Positions 22,406 through 32,414 of a stretch of 64,000 bases of DNA are shown piece by piece; positions within the stretch are counted from its first letter, which is position 1, and each line of letters opens with the position of its first letter. Source of the stretch: an uncultured Pseudomonadota bacterium (GTDB taxonomy: Bacteria > Vulcanimicrobiota > Vulcanimicrobiia > Eremiobacterales > Eremiobacteraceae). The translations under genes were made by a program, and so were the position numbers. The notes beneath the pieces are model-generated. The model searched no databases. It had not been told where the DNA came from and saw nothing but the letters and a program-made list of their open reading frames with translations. The DNA lies in contig CAVTNB010000001.1 of NCBI GenBank assembly GCA_963736005.1, positions 1,760,001-1,824,000 on the forward strand. The letters run 5' to 3'.

Positions 22406-23236
22406 ATGATGCACCGAAATGGCGGCACGGCGGTCGCGGGGAGCGCGGAGCTCGATGCTTCGCAACACCTGCGCCGCGCCCGGGTCGTTGCCATTACGAA
22501 TCAGAAGGGCGGCGTTGGCAAGACGACCACGGCGATTAACCTGAGCGCCGAACTTGCGCGGCGAGGCAAGCGGGTGCTCCTCGTAGACATCGATCCGCAA
22601 GGCAACGCCACGACGGGAATAGGCATCGAAAAGTCGTCCGTGCAGAGCTGCATGTACGACGTTATCCTCAAATCCAAAGAGCTGCACGAGGTCGTGCGAG
22701 AAACAGCCGTGAGCGGCTTGTGGGTCGCGCCCTCAACCTTGAATCTCGCCGGGGCCGAAATCGAACTCGTGTCTGCGATGTCGCGCGAGCTGCGGCTGCG
22801 CACCGCACTTGCGTCAAGTTTGGATCGCTACGATCACGTCTTCATCGACTGTCCGCCCTCGCTTGGTCTCTTAACCCTCAACGCCATGAGCGCCGCCGAT
22901 TGCCTCATCGTTCCCATTCAGGCTGAGTATTTCGCGCTCGAAGGTCTCGGCCAGTTGACGCACGTCATCGGTCTCGTCCACCAACACCTCAATCCGAACG
23001 TTCGCATCTTAGGCGTGCTCATCACGATGTTCGACGGACGAACGAACCTTGCGGCCCAGGTGGTTGAAGAAGTCGAGCGATATTTTCCTGGTTTGGTGTT
23101 TGCAACGCGCGTGCCGCGCAGCGTTCGCCTTTCGGAAGCGCCGTCGCATGGCGCACCTATCACGCTGTTCGATCCTAAAGGCAAAGGCGCCGCAGCCTAT
23201 GCCGCGCTTGCGCAGGAGGTTCTCGCTCGTGAATAA
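22406..23236 (+). CDS. parA: ParA/Soj ATPase
   Basis: NQKGGVGKTTT, DIDPQGN, DCPPSLG, LSEAPSHG. Confidence 0.97.
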   Translation: MMHRNGGTAVAGSAELDASQHLRRARVVAITNQKGGVGKTTTAINLSAELARRGKRVLLVDIDPQGNATTGIGIEKSSVQSCMYDVILKSKELHEVVRETAVSGLWVAPSTLNLAGAEIELVSAMSRELRLRTALASSLDRYDHVFIDCPPSLGLLTLNAMSAADCLIVPIQAEYFALEGLGQLTHVIGLVHQHLNPNVRILGVLITMFDGRTNLAAQVVEEVERYFPGLVFATRVPRSVRLSEAPSHGAPITLFDPKGKGAAAYAALAQEVLARE

Positions 23237-24113
23237 ACCACGTGGACTTGGTCGCGGTTTGGGCGCATTGTTCCCTGGCGTTGCCTCGCCGAGTGTTCTC
23301 ACCCAGACTGCTTCGGGCACGCAGCTTTTCGAGATCGAGATTGAGAAAATCAAGCCGAACCCGCAGCAGCCGCGCCGCAACTTCGACGAAGAATCATTGA
23401 CCACGCTGGCACAGTCGATTACGGCGCACGGTTTGCTTGCGCCGATCATCGTGCGCCGGCATCCTGACCTCAGAGAGAGCTACGAAATTATTACCGGCGA
23501 GCGACGCTGGCGTGCAGCTCGCCTTGCCGGCCTGCGTACAATTGCGGCAATTGTGCGTGAAGCGCGAGCGGGCGAGGCGATCGAACTCGCGATTCTCGAA
23601 AACGTGCAGCGGGCGGATCTCAATCCGATAGAAGAAGCCTCGGGCTACCGTCAACTCATCGAGGAACACGACTTTACGCAGGAGACCGTCGCACAGCGAA
23701 TTGGCAAGAGCCGGCCGACCATCACCAATGCGCTTCGTCTGCTGACGTTGCCTGATGGGGTGCAAGCGCTCGTGCGCGATGGCAAACTCTCCGCGGGTCA
23801 CGCGCGGGCATTGGCGGCAATGCCGCACGCGCGAGCGCAAGAGCTAGCGAACCTTGCTGTCCGACAAGGTTTGAGCGTCCGCGAGCTCGAGCGGATGAGC
23901 GCCGCGCGGGAGAGCAAGAAAACTGCGCAGGGGGTACGACATGCGGCACTCCCGCCCGACGTCGCCGAAGCCGAAAACCGCCTGCGCTTCGCCCTGGCGA
24001 CGCGCGTCTCGCTGCACCCGCGAGCCGCTGGCGGAGGCACGATCGAAATCCAGTATGCGGACGACGGGGAGCTCACGCGCATCCTCGATCGAGTCGCTCC
24101 ACAAGAATACTAG
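23229..24113 (+). CDS. parB: ParB/Spo0J
   Basis: RGLGRGLGAL, PNPQQPRRNF, GERRWRAA, ENVQRADLNPIEEA, HTH. Confidence 0.97.
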   Translation: MNKPRGLGRGLGALFPGVASPSVLTQTASGTQLFEIEIEKIKPNPQQPRRNFDEESLTTLAQSITAHGLLAPIIVRRHPDLRESYEIITGERRWRAARLAGLRTIAAIVREARAGEAIELAILENVQRADLNPIEEASGYRQLIEEHDFTQETVAQRIGKSRPTITNALRLLTLPDGVQALVRDGKLSAGHARALAAMPHARAQELANLAVRQGLSVRELERMSAARESKKTAQGVRHAALPPDVAEAENRLRFALATRVSLHPRAAGGGTIEIQYADDGELTRILDRVAPQEY

Positions 24114-24127
24114 CGAAAGGTCGTACG

Positions 24128-25933
24128 ATGAAACGCACTCGGGTGATGGCAGGGGCGATCGCCGCAGTCCTGCTGTCCTCAGTCATGACGGCGGCCGCGC
24201 CGCCGAAATACGCGTCCGTGATCCTGATCTGGCGAGTGCCCGCACCACAAGCGCAAAGCGAGGACGTGCAGGCAGTCGAGGCCGGGCTCGTCGCGGTCAA
24301 CTTCCTTGCCCCGCAGCTGAGCGCCCTGGCCAGGCACCCGGCCGCCAAGGTGACCCTTGCGCTGGACCCGGCGTTCGTCGACGCGCTCGAGCGCGCCGCA
24401 ACTGGTCAGGATGCGATCGCTTTGCTTGCGTCCGGCGCACTAGGCGCTGACGATCCGCGCGCGGCTGAGCTGCTCGCTGTGCTTTCCACGACGGTCGTGC
24501 CCGCAGCGAATTTGCAAGGCGCGCGGGCGGTGACGCGTTTTGTTTCCGATGCCGAGGCGTCGCGGCTTGCGCTCATGGGCGACAGCGCGGCCAGATTTTC
24601 GCACGGCGATGATGCGGATTATGCAGCAACCGCACTGCTGCTCTCGCTCGTCGGCAGCGGGTATGCGCGAGGCCAAGAAGCTCTCCTCAACCGTGACGCG
24701 CTGACGGTGCACGATCTCGCTGCGCTCGCCCCCGAATTCGCGCTGGCATGCAACGACGTGCTTGCACGACTGAAGAAAGCGAGCGCGAGCGGAGCGGTTG
24801 AGTTGGCGGCGCTTCCTGCCTACGAACCAATCGTGCCGCTGGTCATCGATGCGGCCGGTCGAAACGAACGCGTGCCGTTCACAGTTGCGCTCAACGGCGG
24901 CGCGGATGCCGCGGCGGCGGTTGACGAAGGCATGCGCGCTGTTCGTTCGCTCGATCCAACGCACCCTGACCCAGGCCTTGTGTTGCCGAGTGGCGCCTAT
25001 GACGACGAGACGGCCACGTTGCTGCAGTCCCATCGCGCACAATACGGCGTGTTTTCCGAGCGCGTGGTCAAGGCGAGCGTGGGCGCAGCAGCGGCATCCG
25101 TTGCAGATGCGCGCAGCGCCGCATATCGCGCGTACTTGATGGAAACGAGCAAGACCACTACCTTGCCGATCTTTTTCTGCAGCGATTCGGCAAGCACGTC
25201 GATCGATGCGCAGCCGCTGGCCTCGCCAGCTTCGGCAATGGCGGATCGGTTGCAGTCTGTTGTCAAAGCAGCGCTGGACGTGTCGCCAAACGAGAGCGCA
25301 CCGGTCGTCGTTCTGTGTTTGCCGGCAAACGGCTCGATCTTGCACCGTGCGGATCGTGCGTCGGCTCTGGATTTTATCGCAGCCGCGCTTTCAGGCAATA
25401 AATCAAAGGCGCAGACGCCCCATCAATTCTTAAAGGCGCATCCGCCCACGGCCGACACGTACGGTTACGAGGCGGCAAGCGACGTCGGTGGCTTCGATAT
25501 GTGGATGGGTTCCCAAAATCAGATGAGCATGTGGAACGCGCTTTCGGACGCGCGCAGGGCAGCTGGGGGCGACGCCGCTCTTTCAAGTGCGGCAATACGC
25601 GACGCGCTGCTCCGGGCAGAGTCGGGTCGCTGGTTCGCCACGCTCATGCTGCCGCAGCCGCGCTATTTGACCGAAGCAACGCTCGCGCAATTCCGTGCGC
25701 TCATCGCGCAGATCTACCGCGCCGCAAACAAACCGGTGCCAGCCAGCATCGCCCCCGTCAAGCTCAATGCCACTCCTCCATCGAGCACACCGACACCGAC
25801 TGCGACGCGCGCGCCGAGCCCTGCCAGCTCACCCGCGAACGCGAGCGGGGCGAAGCCTAGCAGTTCGCCCCCAAACTTGCCAACTCCAAGTTCAAGTGCA
25901 TCGCCGCTGTTAAGCCCATCCCCGGCGACTTGA
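24128..25933 (+). CDS. Secreted GH57-like protein with degenerate catalytic motifs and P/S/T-rich tail
   Basis: Signal peptide; ELAALPAYEPIVPLV, FDMWMGS...MWNALSDAR and LLRAESGRWF resemble GH57 conserved regions. Assignment made by eye. Confidence 0.6.
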   Translation: MKRTRVMAGAIAAVLLSSVMTAAAPPKYASVILIWRVPAPQAQSEDVQAVEAGLVAVNFLAPQLSALARHPAAKVTLALDPAFVDALERAATGQDAIALLASGALGADDPRAAELLAVLSTTVVPAANLQGARAVTRFVSDAEASRLALMGDSAARFSHGDDADYAATALLLSLVGSGYARGQEALLNRDALTVHDLAALAPEFALACNDVLARLKKASASGAVELAALPAYEPIVPLVIDAAGRNERVPFTVALNGGADAAAAVDEGMRAVRSLDPTHPDPGLVLPSGAYDDETATLLQSHRAQYGVFSERVVKASVGAAAASVADARSAAYRAYLMETSKTTTLPIFFCSDSASTSIDAQPLASPASAMADRLQSVVKAALDVSPNESAPVVVLCLPANGSILHRADRASALDFIAAALSGNKSKAQTPHQFLKAHPPTADTYGYEAASDVGGFDMWMGSQNQMSMWNALSDARRAAGGDAALSSAAIRDALLRAESGRWFATLMLPQPRYLTEATLAQFRALIAQIYRAANKPVPASIAPVKLNATPPSSTPTPTATRAPSPASSPANASGAKPSSSPPNLPTPSSSASPLLSPSPAT

Positions 25934-25967
25934 CCAAACAGCTGTTCTCCACATATGCACAGGGCTT

Positions 25968-26765
25968 GTGGACAGAGCTTTAGAGGCCCGTAGAGCTTGG
26001 CGCGGCGCGGTCGTCTGCAGCGTCGGCTCTGTGGATACGACCGGTGGCGCGGGAATCACGATGGATCTCGCGGTGTATCGAACCCACGGGCTAGCAGGGG
26101 TTGCGGTTATCGCCGCGGTGACCGCCCAAAATAGCCGGCGCGTTCTCGAGCTCCAAAGCTTACCGGCTCGTTTTGTGCGGCGCCAACTCGAGGCCGTGTG
26201 GGAGCAAGTTGAACCCAAGGCAGTTTGTATTGGTCTTTTGCCCGATGCTGCCGCGATGCGGGCGGTGGGCTCGTTCTTACGGGGACTCGCGCGACGACCG
26301 GCCATCGTCATCGATCCAGTTATCAAGTCAAGCAGTGGCCACGTGTTCTTGGGTGAACGCGAAGTGCGCGAGCTGCGACGGCTCCTACCCCTTGCAACCC
26401 TTGTGACACCCAACGTGCACGAAGCGGCGACGCTTGCGTCACAGCCTGTAACGACACTGTCGCAAGCCGAATCGGCCGGACGCACGCTTGCGAAATTCGG
26501 ATGCGCCGTGCTTGTGACCGGCGGTCATCTCCCGAACAAGACCTGCATTGACATCCTCGTCCACCGCCAAGGCGTGCATCGATATGCCGGCTCGCGCATC
26601 AAGCGAACGATGCGCGGTTCGGGAGGAATCTTGGCGGCTGCGATCGCCGCCTCGCTCGCGCGCGGTGTGTCGCTGCAGCGTTCGATTGCTCTCGGCCGCG
26701 CGTTTGTGCGCCGTGCCTTTCGTCGCGCCGTGCCGCTGGGGAGCGGCTTGCCCCAGAACCTTTGA
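25968..26765 (+). CDS. thiD: Hydroxymethylpyrimidine/phosphomethylpyrimidine kinase
   Basis: GSVDTTGGAGITMD, TAQNS, VIDPVI, TPNVHEA, TGGH, RGSGG. Confidence 0.88.
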   Translation: MDRALEARRAWRGAVVCSVGSVDTTGGAGITMDLAVYRTHGLAGVAVIAAVTAQNSRRVLELQSLPARFVRRQLEAVWEQVEPKAVCIGLLPDAAAMRAVGSFLRGLARRPAIVIDPVIKSSSGHVFLGEREVRELRRLLPLATLVTPNVHEAATLASQPVTTLSQAESAGRTLAKFGCAVLVTGGHLPNKTCIDILVHRQGVHRYAGSRIKRTMRGSGGILAAAIAASLARGVSLQRSIALGRAFVRRAFRRAVPLGSGLPQNL

Positions 26766-26823
26766 CGCAGGACTTGCGCGGCTGAAACGGTCAAGTGAGC
26801 GCAACGCTACGGAGGATCTGATT

Positions 26824-27843
26824 TTGGCCGTCGCCCAACCTAAAGAGGTTTTGGAACCGCAAGCAAAGCGTCGTCGAATCATGGCCGGCATGCGCCCCAC
26901 CGGAAAAGTGCACGTCGGCCACCTGCTGGGCGCACTGAACAACTTCGTCGAGCTGAGCAAGACCGGAGACTGCTTCTATGAAATTGCCGACCTGCACGCG
27001 CTCACGACCAAATTCCATCGCAGCGCTGAGATCGCTGGCGACGTGCGCGAGATGGTCATCGATTGGCTCGCCGCGGGTCTCGACCCGCAAGCATGCACGA
27101 TCTACGTTCAATCCCGCATTCCAGAAATCAGCGAACTGGGCGTGCTGCTCTCCATGATCACCCCGGTCTCATGGTTGGAACGAGTGCCGACCTACAAGGA
27201 TCAGATCAACGCGCTGGGAGCGGACATCGCGACTCATGGGTTCTTGGGGTATCCCATCTTGCAAACAGTGGACATCGCGATCATGCGGGGCGAGCGCGTG
27301 CCCGTGGGCCAAGACCAAGTGCCGCACCTGGAGCTGTCGCGCGAAATCATCCGCCGCTTCAATCATCTGTACGGCGCGGTGCTCGTCGAACCCGAACCGC
27401 TGCTCTCGCAGACGCCCCTCGTGCCGGGCACCGACGGCCGGAAGATGAGCAAGTCGTACGAGAATGCCATCCTGATCGCCGACGACGAAATCACGACGAT
27501 CGAGAAGATCAAGACGATGTTCACGGATCCGCAAAAGGTGCATAAAACGGATCCCGGGCACCCCGAGACGTGCCCGGTCTTTTTCTTTCAGCGTGCGTTC
27601 AATCGGGCGGCCGCAGACGACATCGCGTCGCGTTGCCGGACCGGCAGACTGGGCTGCGTTGAGGATAAAGCGGACATGGCCAAGCACCTCAACGCGGCAC
27701 TAGCGCCGATTCGCGAACGTCGCAAAAAATTCGCAGCGAATGCGGACCTCATCGAAGAGGTCTTGTATGACGGCACGCAGCGCGCACGCACGGTGGCCCA
27801 AAAGACGCTCAATGACGTCAAGGTGGCGATGCGGTTAGCTTAG
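26824..27843 (+). CDS. trpS: Tryptophan--tRNA ligase
   Basis: GMRPTGKVHVGH, VPVGQDQ, KMSKS. TTG start after SD GGAGG. Confidence 0.97.
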   Translation: MAVAQPKEVLEPQAKRRRIMAGMRPTGKVHVGHLLGALNNFVELSKTGDCFYEIADLHALTTKFHRSAEIAGDVREMVIDWLAAGLDPQACTIYVQSRIPEISELGVLLSMITPVSWLERVPTYKDQINALGADIATHGFLGYPILQTVDIAIMRGERVPVGQDQVPHLELSREIIRRFNHLYGAVLVEPEPLLSQTPLVPGTDGRKMSKSYENAILIADDEITTIEKIKTMFTDPQKVHKTDPGHPETCPVFFFQRAFNRAAADDIASRCRTGRLGCVEDKADMAKHLNAALAPIRERRKKFAANADLIEEVLYDGTQRARTVAQKTLNDVKVAMRLA

Positions 27844-29027
27844 GAGCGTTGGTAAGCCGCGAGCGCGGCCGTCATCCGTTTGAGCGCTTCGCGCAGGTTC
27901 TCTTCCGAATTCGCGTACGAGAGGCGTAAGAATCCTTTGCCATGCGGTCCGAAGGTGGAGCCCCCGAGCACCGCAACCCCAGCTTCGTTCAAGAGATAGT
28001 TTGCGAGCTTGATGTCGTCAGGCTCGATCTTCGACGCGTTTGGAAAAACGTAGAATGCGCCGCCCGGCGTGCGACAGCTGAGGCCTGGAATCTTGTTGAG
28101 CCCTTCCACCAGAAGATTGCGGCGGCGTAAGAACTCATCGTGCATTGCCTGCACGGGTTCGTCTGGTCCATTGAGCGCGGCGATGCCAGCGTCTTGCACG
28201 AAGGTCGCCGTGCAAGAGACGGTATTGAGAATGAGCGCGGTGACGGCCTCCGCGATGTAGGCGGGCATGACAGCAAAACCAAGGCGCCATCCCGTCATGG
28301 CCCACGCTTTGGAGAAGCCATCGATGAGGATCGTGCGCTCCGGCATGCCAGCGAGCCCGTAATATGAGGCAAATTTGCGATCGTACGCGTGCCGGCTATA
28401 AATCTCATCGCTGATCACGAGGACGTCGTGCGCTGCGACGATTTTTGCGATGGCGGTGATGTCTTCGGCAGTCAAAATCCCGCCCGTAGGGTTGTGCGGC
28501 GAGTTGAGCACCAAAATTTTGGTCTTTGGCGTGATCGCCGCCTCAAGGGCAGACATTTCGAAACGAAAATCGCGCGACTCGAGCAACGGCAGCGACACCG
28601 GTTGAGCACCGACATACGTCACGATGGATCGGTAGGCCGGATAGGCAGGATCGGGGATGATGACTTCGTCGCCTGGATTGAGGAGGGCCATGAGAACGGC
28701 CGCGATGAGGGGTTTCGCGCCAGGTGCAACAACGATGCAGTCGGGCGTCACCGTGACGCCGCGCGTGCGCTTGACGTCCGCGGCGATCGCCTCACGCAGT
28801 TCCGCGATGCCGGCCGCCGGAGTATAATGGGTGCGATTGGCGCGCAACGACGCTACTGCCGCGTCTTTGACATGCTGAGGCGTGTCGAAATCGGGCTCGC
28901 CGATTTCCAAGTGAATAATATTGCGGCCCTGTGCTTCGAGCGCTTTCGCTCGCGCCAGAACGACAAAGGCGCTTTCGGTGCCCAGGCGACGCATGGAATC
29001 GGCAAGGGCGAAGGTCGTTGCCTGCAT
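27840..29027 (-). CDS. PLP-dependent class I/II (aspartate) aminotransferase
   Basis: IGEPDF, NSPHNPTG, SDEIY, FSKAWAMTGWRLG. ATG 29027 with SD GAGGAG. Confidence 0.93.
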   Translation of the reverse strand: MQATTFALADSMRRLGTESAFVVLARAKALEAQGRNIIHLEIGEPDFDTPQHVKDAAVASLRANRTHYTPAAGIAELREAIAADVKRTRGVTVTPDCIVVAPGAKPLIAAVLMALLNPGDEVIIPDPAYPAYRSIVTYVGAQPVSLPLLESRDFRFEMSALEAAITPKTKILVLNSPHNPTGGILTAEDITAIAKIVAAHDVLVISDEIYSRHAYDRKFASYYGLAGMPERTILIDGFSKAWAMTGWRLGFAVMPAYIAEAVTALILNTVSCTATFVQDAGIAALNGPDEPVQAMHDEFLRRRNLLVEGLNKIPGLSCRTPGGAFYVFPNASKIEPDDIKLANYLLNEAGVAVLGGSTFGPHGKGFLRLSYANSEENLREALKRMTAALAAYQRS

Positions 29028-29109
29028 CAAACTGCTCCTCAATGCGGGGATATGTACGGTTTTCGCGCCTGAGAAGAAGCGTCCCTGGAGTGGTTCGTGC
29101 GCAGCGCGT

Positions 29110-31014
29110 TTAGTCGCGAATGCCTGTTCCGTTTGGCCCGGCGCTTCGAATATGGAAATACGACTGTACGATTGCTTGGGCAACGGGAGCCGCGTTGACC
29201 GCACCAAAGCCGCCACTTTGATCCATGAACACGACCACGGCAATCTGGGGATGGTCGTATGGAGCGAAGCAAACAAACCAAGCGTGATTGCGGCCGGAGG
29301 GATTGTCGATCGTAGGTACGTTCTCGGCAGTGCCGGTTTTGCCGGCGTAGTGAAAGCCCGGAATAAAGACGTTGTGCGCCGTGCCGTAGTCGCTCTCGAT
29401 GGCGCCCAGCATGCCACGGCGAATCAGCGCGAGGTCGTCGTCCGAAACGGGCACGTGGCCTTCGACCACCGACCCAAAACGTTGCACAATACGTCCGTGG
29501 GGATCTCGAATCTGGCTGACGAGATATGGTTGGTATAACGTGCCGCCGTTGGCAACCGCGCTCACGACCTTGAGCATTTGAATTGGTGACGCTTCAAGAT
29601 AGCCTTGTCCGATCGCCATATTGACGGTATCGCCCCCGTACCACTCGTCTTTGTAGACGCGTGCCTTCCACGCGGGCGTCGGCAAAATGCCGGTCGTTTC
29701 GCCCGGAAGATCGATGCCGGTTGTGTGACCGATGCCGTAGTCCGCCGCGTATGTATCGAGTCGATCGATACCCAGCTCGTGACCAACCTGATAGAAGAAG
29801 ACGTCGCACGATTGGGTGATTGCGGTCGGGATGTCGAGCGTTCCGTGTCCACCGGCGCGGTCGTCGTTAAAAATGTATCCGCCCAAATCGAAATCGCCGC
29901 CGCAAAAGCGCGTTGAAGCGGCGTTCATCATGCCGCTGCCGAGTGCGGCCGATGACGTAATCAACTTGAAAGTCGAGCCGGTCGGATATGCGCCCGAAAT
30001 CGCACGGTTAAAGAGAGAGTGAAGCGGGTCGTTGAGATAGGCATCGTATTTCTTTTGACTGATGCCGGCCGCGAAATCATTTGGATCGATGTTGGGCTGG
30101 CTGACGAAAGCCAAGATCGCTCCGCTGTTTGGATCTTCAACGATGGCGGCGCCCCCCGTGCGATGACCGATGCGCAATGCCAGCGCGTGGATCTGCGCGG
30201 CCATGGCGCTTTCGGCAGCTTCTTGCAGTCGCCAATCGACTGTGAGCACCGCATCGTTGCCAGGGATCGCCTGGAAGCCGGTGACCTCGGCCACCGCCTC
30301 GCCCGCGGAGTTCACTTTGATGCGACGCCCGCCTTCGCGTCCGCGCAGCCAACGATCGTACGTATACTCCAGACCGTCTTCGCCCACCACGTCATTAGGC
30401 CCGTAGCCGGCTGATCTGCGCTGTTTGTACTCCTCCTCCGTAATCTGACCGACGTAGCCGAGAAAATGCGACCCCAGGGTGTGGTGCGGATACTGCCGCA
30501 CCGGGATGAGCTCGACGCCCATGCCTGGGAAGCGATCTGCGCGTTCGGAAAACCTAGCGACCTCTGTTGGCGTGAGGTCTTCTGCAATGTTGATGGGACC
30601 AAGCGGTATACTGGTCGTGAGGGCGTCGAAGTCCGGATAGCCGACGCCATTTTGATTGAGGAGGCGATGCCACAGCTCGTCGGCCGGTAATCCGAGCAGC
30701 TGTGCTAACGCTGAGAGCTCGGCGTTCGGGTCTTTGATCTGCATCGGCACGATTTGCACGACGAACGAAGGCCGGTTGCGAGCGATGACGATGCCGCTGC
30801 GATCGTACAGCACGCCGCGAGGCGCGCTCACGGGAATCGTGCGCAACTGATTGAGATTCGCCAGGCGTTCGTAATAGGTGCCTTGGCCCAGCTGCAGCCG
30901 GGCAAGCGTTGCAATGAGAATGGCCAACGCCAAGGCGATGGCAACGCCGAACGCGACCATGCGGCGAAGGCGTGGCGCGGGCGCCTCTTCACGATGGAGG
31001 ATCGACCCGGCCAC
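29110..31014 (-). CDS. mrdA: Penicillin-binding protein 2
   Basis: APRGVLYDR, GSTFK (SxxK), SCD, KTGTAE. Confidence 0.95.
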   Translation of the reverse strand: MAGSILHREEAPAPRLRRMVAFGVAIALALAILIATLARLQLGQGTYYERLANLNQLRTIPVSAPRGVLYDRSGIVIARNRPSFVVQIVPMQIKDPNAELSALAQLLGLPADELWHRLLNQNGVGYPDFDALTTSIPLGPINIAEDLTPTEVARFSERADRFPGMGVELIPVRQYPHHTLGSHFLGYVGQITEEEYKQRRSAGYGPNDVVGEDGLEYTYDRWLRGREGGRRIKVNSAGEAVAEVTGFQAIPGNDAVLTVDWRLQEAAESAMAAQIHALALRIGHRTGGAAIVEDPNSGAILAFVSQPNIDPNDFAAGISQKKYDAYLNDPLHSLFNRAISGAYPTGSTFKLITSSAALGSGMMNAASTRFCGGDFDLGGYIFNDDRAGGHGTLDIPTAITQSCDVFFYQVGHELGIDRLDTYAADYGIGHTTGIDLPGETTGILPTPAWKARVYKDEWYGGDTVNMAIGQGYLEASPIQMLKVVSAVANGGTLYQPYLVSQIRDPHGRIVQRFGSVVEGHVPVSDDDLALIRRGMLGAIESDYGTAHNVFIPGFHYAGKTGTAENVPTIDNPSGRNHAWFVCFAPYDHPQIAVVVFMDQSGGFGAVNAAPVAQAIVQSYFHIRSAGPNGTGIRD

Positions 31015-31020
31015 GCTTAA

Positions 31021-31596
31021 TTACTTCCGCGCATGCGCGATGGCTCGTAAGGCAAGCAACGTTATCGCGGCTGCCACCGCGTTGAGCAAGACTTGCCAAA
31101 GCAACTCATGCGAGTAGCGGTGGAACATGCCGCGTTCGCCCAGCCCTACTTCCATAACGAGGTAGGTCACGATGCCGCGCACGATCGTGGCGCCGGCCAC
31201 GGCCGACACAAAAACGGGCAGCGAGTCAGAGAAAAACGACGTGTTGAGCAATCCTGCGCCGAAGCCGACGAGCGTTGCACCAAGGACGTTTGCTCCGCCG
31301 CTTCCTAAACCATCCTCAACGAGCCCGGCACCGAAGCCCAAAATGCCGCCGGTGGTCACGCCGCAACGCAACCCTGTCCACACGAGAAGGACCGTGAGCA
31401 GACTCGGGTGCGCTCCACCCAATGAAACGGAGCGCAGAATCGTGGACTGCGCAACGATAGCGCACAGTGCAAGCGCGGCCAACCAAACAAACTTGGGTCG
31501 CACGGAGACTTCGGCGTCTTGGGGGCGAACCCGTTCGCGAGGCTGCGCCCCCTCCGGGCGAAGGCGGTGCGTTGCCGCCGGGGTCAACGAGCTCAT
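31021..31596 (-). CDS. mreD: Rod shape-determining protein MreD
   Basis: Hydrophobic, HPSLL and GFGAGLVED motifs; lies between mreC and mrdA. Confidence 0.85.
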   Translation of the reverse strand: MSSLTPAATHRLRPEGAQPRERVRPQDAEVSVRPKFVWLAALALCAIVAQSTILRSVSLGGAHPSLLTVLLVWTGLRCGVTTGGILGFGAGLVEDGLGSGGANVLGATLVGFGAGLLNTSFFSDSLPVFVSAVAGATIVRGIVTYLVMEVGLGERGMFHRYSHELLWQVLLNAVAAAITLLALRAIAHARK

Positions 31597-32414
31597 GATT
31601 TGCGAAGCACGAGCACGTGCGCGAGCCCGTTAAAATCGACCGCGGGGAAGACGACGGCGGATTGGTTCAGCGCGTTGTCCTTGCGGTCGACCTCGCGTAC
31701 CGTGCCGATGATGATGCCGCTTGGGTACACCTCGCCTTGCCCCGTGATGACCGCGTCACCGGCGCGCACCTTTACGTCCTGTCCAATGTATTTCATTCGA
31801 ATGTGTTGCCAAGTCCCTGTGGCGATCCCCCAGCTGCGAGCGTCTCGTAGGTACGCAGGCACGTTACTTGTCGGGTCGATGATGAGCAGCACGTGCGCGT
31901 CGTGAGCGCCCGCATCGACGACATGGCCCACGAGCCCGTCACCGTCGACCACCACGGCATCCAGACGCACGCCGTCGCGGAAGCCACGATCGATCTGGAT
32001 TTCGCGGCGCGATCCTTCCGGCGCGTACCCCACGACGTCCGCGGCGATCGTTTGCTGGGGAAGAGATTGGGCAAGTGCCAGCATGCGACGCAACTCGACA
32101 TTCTCGATGGCGTGCTCTTTGAGCCGCTCGTTTGTCGCTGCAAGTTCCTGCACTTTGCGCTGGAGTGCGCCGTTGCGCGATGCCATTTCGCCAGCATGGG
32201 TAAGATTGGCGAAATCGATCGCTATCGCAGAACCCGTTTGCACGATCGCGTTTTGCAACGGCGTGACGATCGTGTTGACGATCTGATCGCTCAAGCTGCG
32301 CTGTCCTTGCCGAGCCGCGTTGATTTCAAGCAGCATGGCGGCGGACGCAAGAATGATCAGCGTGACGAAGACGAGGAGTTTTCTCTCATCCCAAAACGAA
32401 ACGATCGCCACCAC
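31593..32414 (-). CDS. mreC: Rod shape-determining protein MreC
   Basis: TM segment, coiled coil (ENVELRRML), IDRG, GLVG, YPSGIIIG, PAVDF. Confidence 0.92.
   Translation of the reverse strand: MVAIVSFWDERKLLVFVTLIILASAAMLLEINAARQGQRSLSDQIVNTIVTPLQNAIVQTGSAIAIDFANLTHAGEMASRNGALQRKVQELAATNERLKEHAIENVELRRMLALAQSLPQQTIAADVVGYAPEGSRREIQIDRGFRDGVRLDAVVVDGDGLVGHVVDAGAHDAHVLLIIDPTSNVPAYLRDARSWGIATGTWQHIRMKYIGQDVKVRAGDAVITGQGEVYPSGIIIGTVREVDRKDNALNQSAVVFPAVDFNGLAHVLVLRKS

Noticed and set aside
29028..29417. 130-aa N-terminal extension of the aminotransferase, and similar extensions of rsmG, cca, parB, trpS, maf and fabF in the ORF track
   Set aside because: Most overlap neighbouring genes; downstream starts with SD sites or stop/start overlaps fit family N-termini.
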